Positions 20,125 through 35,103 of a stretch of DNA of 64,000 bases are shown here, piece after piece. Source of the DNA: Nemertoderma westbladi (Eukaryota > Animalia > Xenacoelomorpha). Every line of letters starts with the position of its first letter. Position 1 is the stretch's first letter. The position numbers were made by a program, and so were the translations under genes. The notes beneath the pieces were generated by a model. It did no database searches. It was not told the DNA's origin and worked only from the letters and a program-made list of their open reading frames with translations. The stretch covers positions 1 through 64,000 of the forward strand of contig JAUCBJ010007098.1 of NCBI GenBank assembly GCA_032718475.1. Reading direction: 5' to 3'.

Positions 20125-23100
20125 AACCTGCCAGCGATCTTGTTCTATGATCAACCTGCCAGCGATCTTGTTCTATGATCAACATGCCCGCGATCTTGTT
20201 CCATGATCAACCTGCCAGCGATATTGTTCTATGATAAACCTGCACACGATCTTGTTCTATGATCAACCTGCCCGCGATCTTGTTCTATGATCAACCTGCC
20301 CGCGATCTTGTTCTATGATCAACCTGCGCACGATCTTATTCTATGATCAACCTGGCCGTGATCTTGTTCTATGATCAAAGTGCCCGTGATCTTGTTCTAT
20401 GATCAACCTGCCAGCGATCTTGTTCTATGATCAACATGCCCGCGATCTTGTTCTATGATCAACCTGCCAGCGATCTTGTTCTATGATCAACCTGCGCACG
20501 ATCTTGTTCTATGATCAACCTGGCCGTGATCTTGTTCTATGATCAACCTGTGCACGATCTTGTTCTATGATCAACCTGCCCGTGATATTTTTCTATGATC
20601 AACCTGCGCTCGATCTTGTTCTATGATCAACCTGCCCGTGATATTGTTCTATGATCAACCTGCACACGATCTTGTTCTATGATCAACCTGCCCGTGATAT
20701 TGTTCTATGATCAACCTGATCACGATCTTGTTCTATGATCAACCTGCGCACGATCTTGTTCTATGATCAACCTGCCCGCGATCTTGTTCAATGATCAACC
20801 TGCCAGCGATCTTGTTCTATGATCAACCTGGCCGTGATCTTGTTCTATGATCAACCTGACCGCGATCTTGTTCCATGATCAACCTGCCAGCGATCTTGTT
20901 CTATGATCAACCTGCCAGCGATCTTGTTCTATGATCAACCTGCCCGCGATCTTGTTCTATGATCAACCTGCCAGCGATCTTGTTCTATGATCAACCTGCG
21001 CACGATCTTGTTCTATGATCAACCTTCCCGCGATCTTGTTATATGATCAACCTGCCCGCGATAATGTTCTATGATCAACCTGCGCACGATCTTGTTCTAT
21101 GATCAACCTGCCAGCGATCTTGTTCTATGATCAACCTTCCCGCGTTCTTGTTCTATTTTCAACTTGCGCACGATCTTGTTCTATGATCAACCTGCCCGCG
21201 ATCTTGTTCTATGATCACCCTGCCGCGATCTTTTTCTATGATCAACCTGCCCGCGATCTTGTTCTATGATCACCCTGCCGCGATCTTTTTCTATGATCAA
21301 CCAGCCAGCGACCTTGTTCTATGATTAACTTGGCTGCGATCTTGTTCTATGATCAACCTGCCAGCGACCTTGTTCTATGATTAACTTGGCTGCGATCTTG
21401 TTCTATGATCAACCTGCCAGCGATCTTGCTCTATGATCAACCTGCGCACGATCTTGTTCTATGATCAACCTGGCCGCGATATTGTTCTATGATCAACCTG
21501 CCAGCGACCTTGTTCTATGATTAACTTGGCTGCGATCTTGTTCTGTGATCAACCTGCCAGCGATCTTGCTCTATGATCAACCTGCGCACGATCTTGTTCT
21601 ATGATCAACCTGGCCGCGATATTGTTCTATGATCAACCTGCCAGCGACCTTGTTTTATGATCAACCTGCCCGCGATCTTGTTCTATGATCAACCTGCCCG
21701 CGATCTTGTTCTATGATCAACCAGCCAGCGATATTGTTCTATGATTAACTTGGCTGCGATCCTGTTCTATGATCAACCTGCCAGCGACCTTGTTCTATTA
21801 TCAACCTGCCCGCGATCTTGTTCTATGATCAACCTGCCCGCGATCTTGTTCTATGATCAACCAGCCAGCGATATTGTTCTATGATTAACTTGGCTGCGAT
21901 CTTGTTCTATGATCAACCTGCCAGCGACCTTGTTCTATGATCAACCTGCCCGCGATCTTGTTCTATGATCAACCTGTCCGCGATCTTGTTATATGATCAA
22001 CCAGCCAGCGGTATTGTTCTATGATTAACTTGGCTGCGATCTTGTTCTATGATTAACCTGCCAGCGATCTTGCTCTATGATCAACCTGCGCACGACCTTG
22101 TTCTATGATCAACCTGGCCGCGATATTGTTCTATTATCAACCTGCCAGCGACCTTGTTCTATGATTAACTTGGCTGCGATCTTGTTCTATGATCAACCTG
22201 CCAGCGATCTTGCTCTATGATCAACCTGCGCACGATCTTGTTCTATGATCAACCTGGCCGCGATATTGTTCTATGATCAACCTGCCAGCGACTTTGTTCT
22301 ATGATTAACTTACTGCGATATTGTTCTATGATCAACCTGCCCGCGATATTGTTCTATGATCAACCTGCCAGCGACCTTGTTCTATGATCAACCTGCCCGT
22401 CATCTTGTTCTATGATCAACCTGCCCGCGATCTTGTTCTATGATCAACCTGCCAGCGACCTTGTTCTATGATTAACTTGGCTGCGATCTTGTTCTATGAT
22501 CAAGCTGCCAGCGATCTTGCTCTATGATCAACCTGCTACTATCTTGTTCTATGATCAACCTGGCCGCGATCTTGTTCTATGATCAACATGCCCACGATCT
22601 TGTTCTATGATCAACCTGCCCGCGATATTGTTCTATGATCAACCTGCCCGCGATATTGTTCTATGATCAACCTGCCAGCGACCTTGTTCTATGATCAACC
22701 TGCCCGTCATCTTGTTCTATGATCAACCTGCACACGATCTTGTTCTATGATCAACATGTCAGCGATCTTGTTCTATGATCAACCTGGCCGTGATCTTGTT
22801 CTATGATCACCCTGCCGCGATCTTTTTCTATGATCAACCTGCCCGCGCTCTTGTTCTATGATCAACCTGCCAGCGATCTTGCTCTATGATCAACCTGCGC
22901 ACGATCTTGTTCTATGATCAACCTGGCCGTGATCTTGCTCTATGATAAACCTGCCCGCGATCTTGTTCTATGATCAACCTGCTTACGATCTTGTTCTATG
23001 ATCAACCTGCGCACGATCTTGTTCTATGATCAACCTGGCCGTGATCTTGTTCTATGATCAACCTGCCCGCGATATTGTTCTATGATTAACTTGGCCGCGA

Positions 23101-26100
23101 TCTTGTTCTATGATCAACCTGCGCACGATCTTGTTCTATGATCAACCTGCGCACGATCTTGTTCTATGATCAACCTGGCCGTGATCTTGTTCTATGTTCA
23201 ACATGCCCGCGATCTTGTTCTATGATCAACCTTCGCACGATCTTGTTCTATGATCAACCTGCCAGCGATCTTGTTCTATGATCAACCTGCATGCGATCTT
23301 GTTCTATGATCAACCTGCGCTTGATCTTGTTCTATGATCAACCTGGCCGTGATCTTGTTCTATGATCAACCTGCCCGCGATATTGTTATATTATTAACTT
23401 GGCTGCGATCTTGTTCTATGATCAACCTGCGCACGATCTTGTTCTATGATCAACCTGCCTGTGATCTTGTTCTATGATCAACCTGCACACGATCTTGTTC
23501 TATGATCAACATGCCCGCGATCTTGTTCTATGATCAACCTTCGCACGATCTTGTTCTATGATCAACCTGCCAGCGATCTTGTTCTATGATCAACCTGCAT
23601 GCTATCTTTTTCTATGATCAACCTGCTCACAATCTTGTTCTATGATCAACCTGCCAGCGATCTTGTTCTATGATCAACATGCCCGCGATATTGTTCTATT
23701 ATTAACTTGGCTGCGATCTTGTTCTATGATCAACCTGCCAGCGACCTTGTTCTATGATCAACCTGCGCACGATCTTTTTCTATGACGAACCTTCCCGTGA
23801 TCTTTTTCTATGATCAACCTGCCCACGATCTTGTTCTATGATCAACCTGCCAGCGATCTTGTTCTATGATCAACATTCCCGCGATCTTGTTCTATGATCA
23901 ACCTGCGCACGATCTTGTTCTATGATCAACCGGGCCGTGATCTTGTTCTATGATCAACCTGCCCGTGATATTGTTCTATGATCTACCTGCACACGATCTT
24001 GTTCTATGATCAACCTGCCTGTGATATTATTCTATGATCAACCTGCGCACGATCTTGTTCTATGATCAACCTACCCGCGATCTTGTTCAATGATCAACCT
24101 GCCAGCGATCTTGTTCTATGATCAACCTGCCAGCGATCTTGTTATATGATCAACCTGGCCGTGATCTTGTTCTATGATCAACCTGACCGTGATATTATTC
24201 TATGATCAACCTGCGCATGATCTTGTTCTATGATCAACCTGCCAGCGATCGTGTTCTATGATCAACCTGCCCGCGATCTTGTTCTATGATCAACCTGCCA
24301 GCGATCTTGTTCTATGATCAACCTGCCGGCGATCTTGTTCTATGATCAACCTGCGCACGATCTTGTTCTATGATCAACCTGCCAGTGATCTTGTTCTATG
24401 ATCAACCTTCCCGCGATCTTGTTCTATTTTCAACTTGCGCACGATCTTGTTCTATGATCAACATACCCGCGATATTGTTCTATGATCACCCTGCTGTGAT
24501 CTTTTTCTATGATCAACCTGCCCGCGATCTTGTTCTATGATCAACCTGCCAGCGATCTTGTTCTATGATCAACCTGCCAGCGTTATTGTTCTATGATCAA
24601 CCTGGCCGTGATCTCGTTCTATGATCAACCTGGCCATGATCTTGTTCTATGATCAACCTGCCCGCGATATTGTTCTATGATTAACTTGGCTGCGATCTTG
24701 TTCTATGATCAACCTGCGCACGATCTTGTTCTATGATCAACCTGCCCGCGATCTTGTTCTATGATCAACCTGGCCATGATCTTGTTCTATGATCAACCTG
24801 CCCGCGATCTTGTTATATGATCAACCTGCGCACGATCTTGTTCTATGATCAACCTGCGTACGATCTTGTTCTATGATTACTTTGGCCGCGATCTTGTTCT
24901 ATGATTACTTTGGCCGCGATCTTGTTCTATGATCAACCTGCGCACGATCTTGTTCTATTATCAACCTGCCCGCGATCTTGTTCTATGATCAACCTGCACA
25001 CATGATCAACCTGCCCGCGATCTTGTTCTATGATCAACCTGCGCACGATCTTGTTCTATGGTCAACCTGGCCGTCATCTTGTTCTATGATCAACCTGGCC
25101 GTGATCTTGTTCTATGATCAACCTGCACACGATCTTGTTCTATGATCGACCTGCGCACGATCTTGTTCTAAGATCAACCTGCACACGATCTTGTTCTATG
25201 ATCAACCTGCGCACGATCTTGTTCTATGATCAACCTGGCCGTGATCTTGTTCTATGCTCAACCTGCCCGCGATCTTGTTATATGATCAACCTGCACACGA
25301 TCTTGTTCTATGATCAACCTGCGCACGATCTTGTTCTATAATCAACCTGGCCGTGATCTGGTTCTATGATCAACCTGCCCGCGATCTTGTTATATGATCA
25401 ACCTGCACACGATCTTGTTCTATGATCAACCTGCGTACGATCTTGTTCTATGATTACTTTGGCCGCGATCTTGTTCTATGATCAACCTGCGCACGATCTT
25501 GTTCTATGATCAACCTGCCCGCGATCTTGTTCTATGATCAACCTGCCCGCGATCTTGTTCTATGATCAACCTGCCCGCGATCTTGTTCTATGATCAACCT
25601 GCACACATTATCAACCTGCCCGCGATATTGTTCTATGATCAACCTGCGTACGATCTTGTTCTATGATCAACCTGCCCGCGATCTTGTTCTATGATCAACC
25701 TGCCTGCGATCTTGTTCTATGATCAACCTGCCAGCGATCTTGTTCTATGATCACCCTGCCACGATCTTTTTCTATGATCAACCTGCCCGCGATCTTGTTC
25801 TATGATCAACCTGCCAGCGATCTTGTTCTATGATCAACCTGCCAGCGATATTGTTCTATAATCAACCTGGCCGTGATCTTGTTCTATGATCAACCTGACC
25901 ATGATCTTGTTCTATGATCAACCTGTGCATAATCTTGTTCTATGATCAACCTGCCAGCGATCTTGTTCTATGATCAACCTGCCCGCGATCTTGTTCTATG
26001 ATCTACCTGTGAGCGATCTTGTTATATGATCAACCTACCAGTGATCTTGTTCTATGATCAACCTGTCAGCGATCTTGTTCTATGATCAACCTGCCCGCGA

Positions 26101-28132
26101 TCTTGTTCTATGATCAAGCTGGCCGTGATCATGTTCTAGGATCAACCTGACCGTGATCTTGTTTTATGATCAACCTGCTCACGATATTGTTCTGTGATCA
26201 ACCTGTGTACGATCTTGTTCTATGATTAACTTGGCCGCAATCTTGTTCCATGATCAACCTGCACACGATCTTGTTCTATGATCAACCTGCCAGCGATATT
26301 GTTCTATAATCAACCTGGCCGTGATCTTGTTCTATGATCAACCTGACCATGATTTTGTTCTATGATCAACCTGTGCATAATCTTGTTCTATGATCAACCT
26401 GCCAGCGATCTTGTTCTATGATCAACCTGCCCGCGATCTTGTTCTATGATCTACCTGTGAGCGATCTTGTTATATGATCAACCTGCCATTGATCTTGTTC
26501 TATGATCAACCTGTCAGCGATCTTGTTCTATGATCAACCTGCCCGCGATCTTGTTCTATGATCAAGCTGGCCGTGATCATGTTCTAGGATCAACCTGACC
26601 GTGATCTTGTTCTATGATCAACCTGCGCACGATATTGTTCTGTGATCAACCTGTGTACGATCTTGTTCTATGATTAACTTGGCCGCAATCTTGTTCCATG
26701 ATCAACCTGCACACGATCTTGTTCTATGATCAACCTGCCCGTGATATTGTTCTATGATGTACCTGTGCACGATTTTGTTCTATGATCAACCTGCGCACGA
26801 TCTTGTTCTTTGATCAACCTGCCCATGATATTGTTCTATGATGTACCTGTGCACGATCTTGTTCTATGATCAACCTGCCCGTGATATTGTTCTATGATCA
26901 ACCTGCTTATGATCTTGTTCTATATTCAACCTGCCCGTGATATTGTTCTATGATCAACTTTCGCACGATCTTGTTCTATGATCAGCCTGCCCGCGATCTT
27001 GTTCTATGATCAACCTGCGCGTGATCTTGTTCTATGATCAGCCTGCCCGTGATCGTGTTCTATGATCAACCTGCGCATGATCTTGTTCTATGATCAACCT
27101 GCCCGTGATCTTATTCTATGATCAACTTTCGCACGATCTTGTTCTATGATCAGCCTGCCCGCGATCTTGTTCTATGATCAACCTGACCGCATTCTTGTTC
27201 TCTGATCAACCTGCCAGCGATCTTGTTCTACGATCAACCTGGCCGTGATCTTGTTCTATGACCAAACTGCCCGCGATCTTGTTCTATGATCAACCTGCGC
27301 ATGATCTTGGTCTATGATAAACCTGCATTCGATCTTGTTCCATGATCAACCTGCGCATGATCTTGTTCTATGATCAACCTGCCAGTGATCTTGTTCTATG
27401 ATCAACCTTCCCACGATCTTGTTCTATTATCAACTTGCGCATGATCTTGTTCTATGATCAACATACCCGCGATATTGTTCTATGATCAACCTGCCCGCGA
27501 TCTTGTTCTATGATCAACCTGCCAGCGATCTTGTTCTATGATCAACCTGCCAGCGACCGTCCGTGTTCCTATGATCACCCTGCCGCGATATTTTTCTATG
27601 ATCAACCTGCCCGCGATATTGTTCTATGATCACCCTGCCGCGATCTTTTTCTATGATCAACCTGCGCACGATCTTGTTCTATGATCAACCTGGCCGTGAT
27701 CTTGTTCTATGATCAACCTGACCGTGATCTTGTTCTATGATCAACTTGCGCATGATCTTGTTCTATGATCAATCTGCCAGCAATCTTGTTCTATGATCAA
27801 CCTGCACATGATCTTGTTCTATGATCAACCTGCCCGCGAACTTGTTCTATGATCAACCTGCCAGCGATCTTGTTATATGATCAACCTGCCAGCGAACTTG
27901 TTCTATGATCAACCTGCCAGCGATCTTGTTCTATGATCAGCCTGCCCGCAATCTTGTTCTATTATCAACCTGGCCGTGATCTTGTTCTATGATCAACCTG
28001 ACTGTGATCTTGTTCTATGATCAAACTGCCCGCGATCATTTTCTGTGATCAACCTGGCCCTAATTTTGTTCTATGATCAACCTGCCAGCGATCTTGTTCT
28101 ATGATCAACCTTCCCGTGATCTTGTTCTATGA
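20125..28132. repeat. 28-bp satellite/minisatellite (ATGATCAACCTGnnnnYGATCTTGTTCT), ~8 kb, ~285 copies
   Basis: Directly visible; constant backbone with a hypervariable 4-5-nt core. Confidence 0.98.
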
Positions 28133-28636
28133 CAGTCGACTGGCGAGACGAAGAGCGTGGTCAGCCATAACCTGACCACATTCCCGAAACGTCTGCTGAG
28201 AAAGACATGATACAGATTGTTTTGGAGAATTACTGATTGCAAACTGCAGAGGTGTTTTGTTGCGGGGCCGGACCGATATTCAGTAGTGACGTGGTTGCCA
28301 CCCGATACAGTACATGTAGGCCTACGCACAGTATAAATGTATCCGTTTGTCGATAGACATTGGAGGTTCATCCAATAATAACGAAATTTTTTCTTCCGAT
28401 CATCCTTGGAAGAATTGAAGGATCTTAATGATCTTATTCGATTTAATTTTGAAAATCTATTTTAAATATGTTCACATATATTCTATTGTAACTACTACGT
28501 TATGTTCATAATATTTGAACTACAGTACTGTAACATTCAGATCTAAAATTTATTAAAAATTGCGTGACTTCATCAGCAATAAGACACATTCTGATAAGTG
28601 GAACTATGTTTGGGACATGGGATCACTATTAATATA

Positions 28637-29557
28637 CACCATGTCATGGAATATAGTGTCGTTATTCAGGTACCTGCCCCCCACCACCCCCCCCCCCCCC
28701 CCCAAATATTTCTACAAATCTTGAGATTGCATGAAATTTGAAACAGAGATAGTTTCACCTCCCTCCTTGCTGGGTGAGCCAGAATTTTTATTTTTGCTTT
28801 CAATCTTTAGCTACAAGCGTTTAAATAAAGTGTCTCCAGCGATATTACACCAGTTACACCGCAGTTATTCTTCTACCTTGTACAGTAGCTGTTTGTTAGT
28901 ACCAATGGAAAGCTGGCCATGCAAGGATTCCAAATATGTATCATAATCTGAATTTGGTCGTAAAATAGCTGAGATATGAGCGTTCAAATGTTGCATGATT
29001 TAGCATTTGCTCGAGGCTATTTTATTCTATTTAATTAATAATCCATGTTCTAGAACACTTTGTTTATATAAGAATAGCTACGCAATAGTATGATTACAGT
29101 GTTATTGCATTGTTGCCCAGCTAGATATGGGATAAACAACATGTTCTAGAATATGGTGTATTTTTTTAATCGAATAAAATAACCTTGCGCAGGTGTAAAA
29201 CCATGCAACTTGAGAATGCCCATATCTCTGCTGTTTTACGACGAAATTCAGATTGTGATACATATTTGGAATCCTTGCATGGCCAGCTTTCTGTCAATAC
29301 AACAAATCGCTATAAGGTTGAAGAATAACTGCGGTGTAACTGGCGCAATACCGACGGAGACACCTTTTTCAAACGCTTGTAGCTAAAGAATGAAAGCAAA
29401 AATAAAAATTCTGCTCACCCAGCAAGGAGGAGGGAGGTGAAACTATCTCTGTTTCAAATTTCATGCAATCTCATTAAGATTTGTAGAAAAATTGGGTGGG
29501 GGGGGGGGGGGGGGGTCCAGGTACCTGAATAACGACACTATATTCCAGGACATGGTG
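28637..29557. mobile_element. Tc1/mariner-like MITE with ~420-bp TIRs
   Basis: TA-CACCATGTC...GACATGGTG-TA; the arms are long diverged inverted copies, including poly-C/poly-G tracts. Confidence 0.85.
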
Positions 29558-29919
29558 TAGTTAGTACCGTAGGTCTACGCATATCCATATATTTCCTTGG
29601 CGAACTAAAATAAAATAAAATCTTAGCTATTATTAAGGGAAATGACATGGTTACAGTAGCACGTTATTCTAACCAAAACAATAAACAGAGAGGCATTTAA
29701 CTCAGGTTAAGGTTTCATTTTAGCTCTTAATTATCATTTATTTGCGTACAATTTTCCCCTGTAGAGGGTACAATTTTGATTGCGTCAAAGTCCCCCCCTC
29801 AATATCTGCCAAAAACCGTCTCGGTTTTTGTTACAATTGAAGATAGCGCATTATGTAGTTCCACCAATTCAATTACGGTGTGTAATAGCTGACAAGTGTG
29901 CTGTGAATTTCTGGAACAT

Positions 29920-30497
29920 TTTTTAAATGTATGAATAGCTACATAATAGCATGTTTTGTTTTATTAAAGATGTAATGCATTGTTGTCCAGCTACCTATTT
30001 GGATAAACAAAATATTCCAGATTATGATGCATTTATTAAATCGAATAAAATAGCATCGCGCAGGTGCAAAACCATGCAACATTTGAACGCCCTTATCTCA
30101 GCTATTTTTCTCCGAAATTTAAATTGTGTTACATATTTGGAATCCTTGCATGACCAGCATTCCATTGGTACCAACAAACAGCTATAAGGTAGAGGAATAA
30201 CTGCGGTGTAACTGGTGTAATATCGCTGGAGACACTTTTTTTTATACACTTGTAGCTAAAGATTGAAATCAAAAATAAAAATTCTGGCTCACCCAGTCAT
30301 CGGGAGGTGAAACTATCTCTGTTTCAAATTTCATGCAATCCTATTAAGATTTGTAGAAAAATTAGGGGGGGGGGGGGGGGGGGGGGAGGAGGTCACTGAA
30401 TTACGACACTATATTCTGGGACATGGTGTATAGGGGGGGGGGGGGGGGGGGGGGGGTGTCACTGAATTACGACACTATATTCTGGGACATGGTGTAG
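29920..30497. mobile_element. Second, partial copy (right arm) of the same MITE with a tandemly duplicated terminus
   Basis: Matches ~29070-29559; ends gacatggtgta at 30430 and again at 30497. Confidence 0.8.
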
Positions 30498-33400
30498 GCC
30501 TACGAGTTTTTTTTTTCGCTCCGTCCAATAAGAAGTCAGCTATGGGTTAGATTTCAAATTGTTGTTAACACCACTATGAAGCATCCTAGGGCCGGTGTAC
30601 TGTGTGTATGTAGTAGGCCTCTAACAGTATGAAGATGTTTTGTTGTATTTGATCGATGTTTTAGTATATAAGCGATATGTTTTTGATATTACTCAATTGA
30701 ATTCGCATCTATTATTACCATATGATTTTTAGATGTAGATTTACAAACGTTCTATATATTTACCGTTTGTATTTCACCCATGTGAAGAATACCAGAATTT
30801 CACTGGAATTTTATATATGAAGATTTTTATTTTTTTTAATTAATCTTTAGTAAGTGTTTTATAGCGCTTATTTCTGTCTTATAACCTGTATATATACTAA
30901 TTCGTGTATTGTTTTGGTTAGATTCAGCCCTTCTGTAACCTGTGTTTTTTGTGAAAACCTGGTATTCTTCACATGGGGGTTTAACAGCAAAGTGAAATAT
31001 AACGGCAGAAAGTCTTGTTTTGCGTACATATACAGTACCGGTATTATAAGATACGATATCTTTTATTTTATTTTGATGTATGTTTTGTTGTATATGCGTT
31101 ATGTTTTGTCAAATTAGGGTTTCAATATATATTGAAAAGTAATACAAGTTAGTTAGTATACTACTGAGTATCCAAAACGACTGCAGTCTAACTTCCAGAA
31201 GTTTAACGTGTACCTATTATATACACTATATTTAATAATTATTTCGCTTCATTGTATATATGTTCTTCCTTTCCTATTATGAATGGACATGCTGTGGTTG
31301 ACTTTTAACTCACTCTATATTTCAAATACCATAACCCAGTATAATAACCTACAAATAACACTAACAAGGATGCACGCTGCGAGCGTGTAGGGGTGACATT
31401 TACACATGCATTGCTCCAGGACCAGAGATATATTAAGACGTAGTGAGTGAGTTGGACATATTAATGCCTGTTTGTCTGTTTATCCAATGTAATACAACTG
31501 TATAACGATCATAAAGCGATTTGCTTGTGATATGACGTGTTTCTTGATGAAGGGTGTGGCATAGCTGGCAAACGGACACAACTAGCTCGATTAAATGATT
31601 TAACTCAACCAAGGCGTCTCTATGGCCATCCTTCAATGGCAATTTCTGGTACGGTTGCATGTTAATAGAGCTACACACTCTATTTACGTTCACCAACACA
31701 CACCACACACTGTGTTCGAATATGAGGAAGCACTGTAGAGAGAGAGCGTTGCCAGTTGCCAAGCCGCTATACCATTTGGTAATCTTGATTCCCTACTGAC
31801 TGAATAATAGCGAACATTGCATGCATATGATATGTACCAAGAAATTGCATCGCTAAGCCATGCCTCCGTCCCTTGTACACATCCATTATCAATTACCAGT
31901 ATATTACCTACCGTCAGTGCCGGTATTATACCGATAGAATAGAATAGCAGGTTACTTACACTTACGATTTAGTTGAAAGTGCAATCACATGGACGTGCAG
32001 TCACACTGTTTGCATTAAGAAATAAAATGCCAACTTGAAATAAATATAGCTACTGTTGAGGTAAGCCTAAGCACATGATTCAAGCACAATGAGTTGTCTC
32101 TCTATAACCAATATGGCGGGGCTCTCGAAATGATTATACGTCTTGATTGATTAATAGATGCCGCATGTGGGCATTGTGATGTTTAGTTTAGTTATTTTGT
32201 AACTAAGAGAAACCCATTTTCCTTTCCTTATCATATGTAGGTAGGTATATGCGTGCTTTTATAATCTACAACCAACTTCATCTATCCTTCACATTAGATC
32301 AGACGCCATGATATAAATATTCTGTACCGGATGTGGGTACTGGATAATGTTTAACTAAGTTGCTGAACTAACCAATCTGGGAATAGCCGTATAAGGCTTT
32401 GAGGAGTATGAGATTGCGCACAGTGCTATTCTATTAGTGAGGGCACAGGATTAGTTCTGAACTAACACGAACGCAATGAAGCAACTCCGTAGCATACATG
32501 CAGTGGTGCACCGATTTGAAGCTGACACGTAACTGATTGTGAGATGGGATTTGTGTTTACTGTCATTCTATAGCGGCAGGGGCAGAGCCGGTTCCTATAT
32601 TAGCAGGCAAAGTTATCAGTGCAATGATGATGGTTCTAGCAAGATGGGAGCTACTAACTGCTCAATCCAGTACATAATATTGTCTCCCCCACCCCATATA
32701 CGTGCTCGGGCAGGCCTACTCATTAATTCTACAGTCAAGTAAGTGGGTTGATTTTATTCCTGCGTTGTGATTCGCTCCTATTACGATATTGCTTGTCACA
32801 GAATTCGCAAAAGAATTCTGGGTACAAACAGGTTTTAATGAAACCCGATTTGTTATTACTTATTCAACCATTATCCAATTGTTAGAAGATAACAGCAAGG
32901 ACATGTTGCTAGCAATTCGCTTGCTTTGATTATTAACGCTTATTGCGCAGGAAATTAATATAGGGCAGCTTTTCATGTAATTGTAATAGGCCCTACACTA
33001 ATACACATACTGTAGTAATATATTGTTTATATACCTAATGGTTTACTAATGTAGCAATTTATTTCTACTATAGCTTTCAATCTATATGTGCTGCAGGAAA
33101 CGCATAACATTCCGCTAAATATTTATTTAGAGTCTTTTGTTGGACTTAAAATCCATTTTATTCAGTTCCCCCGTACTTTTCGGCAAAGTTTCAGATCATT
33201 TAAAAAACCCAACCCCCACAGGCCACAATCAGCAATAACAACACCTAAAACAATGCAAGTCCAAGTCCTTCATGTACAGTTAGTTGAGATGCTATGGGGA
33301 CCAAATGTTTCATGACCTCATATCTTATTATAGTTTTAATCCTATATGAATAGTTGCTATTTAATTTATTGGTTTTCATGCCTGTTGACATTTACAGCCG

Positions 33401-34712
33401 GATTGCGATCCGTCTGAGAAGGAGAACGAGTTCAAATTCGTTGTATAAACCCGGACGAGGTACTTTACTAGTATAAGAATGTTCCGTTTGATTTTCTCTC
33501 GGCTTTCGGATTTCTACGCCTACTCATCCTAAACGACCAGGTTAAGCACACACTGCGCCATATCACATTTTACATAATTTAACATTTCTTCCCCGTACTC
33601 TGTTAAAATAGCGCGTTGTGGTTTTTCAACTAATATATCACTTCCTATTATTATTTGAGTATTATAATATAGTTACTTTATTTAAATTATAAGGATACTA
33701 TATCATATTGTATTAATTTATTTACTGTATTATTAAATATATACCGTACAGAAGTTATTTTCTAAATGTTATTGACACTGTAATAAATAGTTTTAAACAC
33801 ACATAACCACTATTGGCTCACTATTATTTTGTGTCACTGGTAGTAGCCCATCTACCGATAATATGAAGGAGACGGTACAACCCCCAACTTACATTTTAGA
33901 TTATAAATTACTGTTGGTTCAAAGGAGGCCCCATTTTGTAAACTGTTATATTGTTTATGTTAGCATAGCACGTGCTTGTCCCACTGCCAATTCCAAATGC
34001 AAGCGAAACCTCAAATGATATCCGTGCTATTATTTGAGGCTGATTAAATGAACTGATGCTATCCATATCACCTCCTGAGTGGCATTCAATGCAATCATTA
34101 GCTTAATGAATTAATCATTCAGCTACCGCGATCATGCTCCTGTTCAAGAATTTAATTAAGTCCTACAACATCAGTTGAAATCAACCCACCTAAATTCCAT
34201 TCAAATTATCATTGTATTTCATGTATGATTTCCACTTGATGAGTTCTTCTCAAACTCATCATATTACCACAATAATTGTTATGAATTCAACGTAATCTTA
34301 TGAACCATTGTTATCCACTTCATTTGAAAGCTATTGTGTAAAGTGGTAGATTACACCATGGCAGGAATACGTAGCTATAGTTCAGTAGTCGTATTATTAT
34401 TATTATAGCGAAGCAATAAATATAGGCATGTAGAGAACCTACTCGTAGCTAATCCGTAGTACATTGGCTGCAGTAACTCGGCGAATATTTTCGAACATCA
34501 AGCGACCTTCATACCATACCAATCTTACTATTCCTTAGTAGGAGGGGATGGAGGCAAGGCGACACTGATATTTCTTCTCCAATAAAGTTTTATCGGGAGA
34601 TGAACTCAACTCAGATGTTTGTAATTTATTTTTATATCCGTCAACGAACCTATCACCGAAAACAATTTTTTAAATTTATCGAAGATCACAGTATTGATAG
34701 GATATATGAAAT

Positions 34713-35103
34713 AACCAAGAGACTGCTAGTTAGTAGCGTCGACAGTTGTAGTTTGTTATGCATAATTGCACCCGTACGTGGGGCCTTCGCGCAGCACGAA
34801 GTAAGCAAAGCATTTAGCATATGGGCACCATTAACGAGTTGTCTGCCGTTAGTCAGAAGTGTTCAACACAATACTCGTCCACCTCTTGTGCCTCGTTGCG
34901 TTCGTTCGTTTTTGACCAAACTTCAGATTCTTTCTAAACTTTTGACGGACTGCATACGTACTAAGTTTCGTTTAATTTCATCGAGGAATAACCGAGTTAT
35001 TAGCGATCAAACATTTACGACGACGACGACGACAGACAACTCGCCAATGGCACCCATATGCTAAGGCTTCGCTCACATCGTGGCTCGCCCCACAAGCTTA
35101 ATA
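34713..35103. mobile_element. Possible Helentron/DINE-1-like (HINE) non-autonomous element
   Basis: Subterminal inverted repeats ttagcatatgggcaccatt / aatggcacccatatgctaa, (ACG)n-ACAGAC microsatellite, A-rich boundaries. Confidence 0.45.

Noticed and set aside
20125-28132. CRISPR array
   Set aside because: Variable parts are only 4-5 nt and recur, there are no unique spacers or cas genes, and the context is eukaryotic. The same applies to the 26- and 43-bp arrays.
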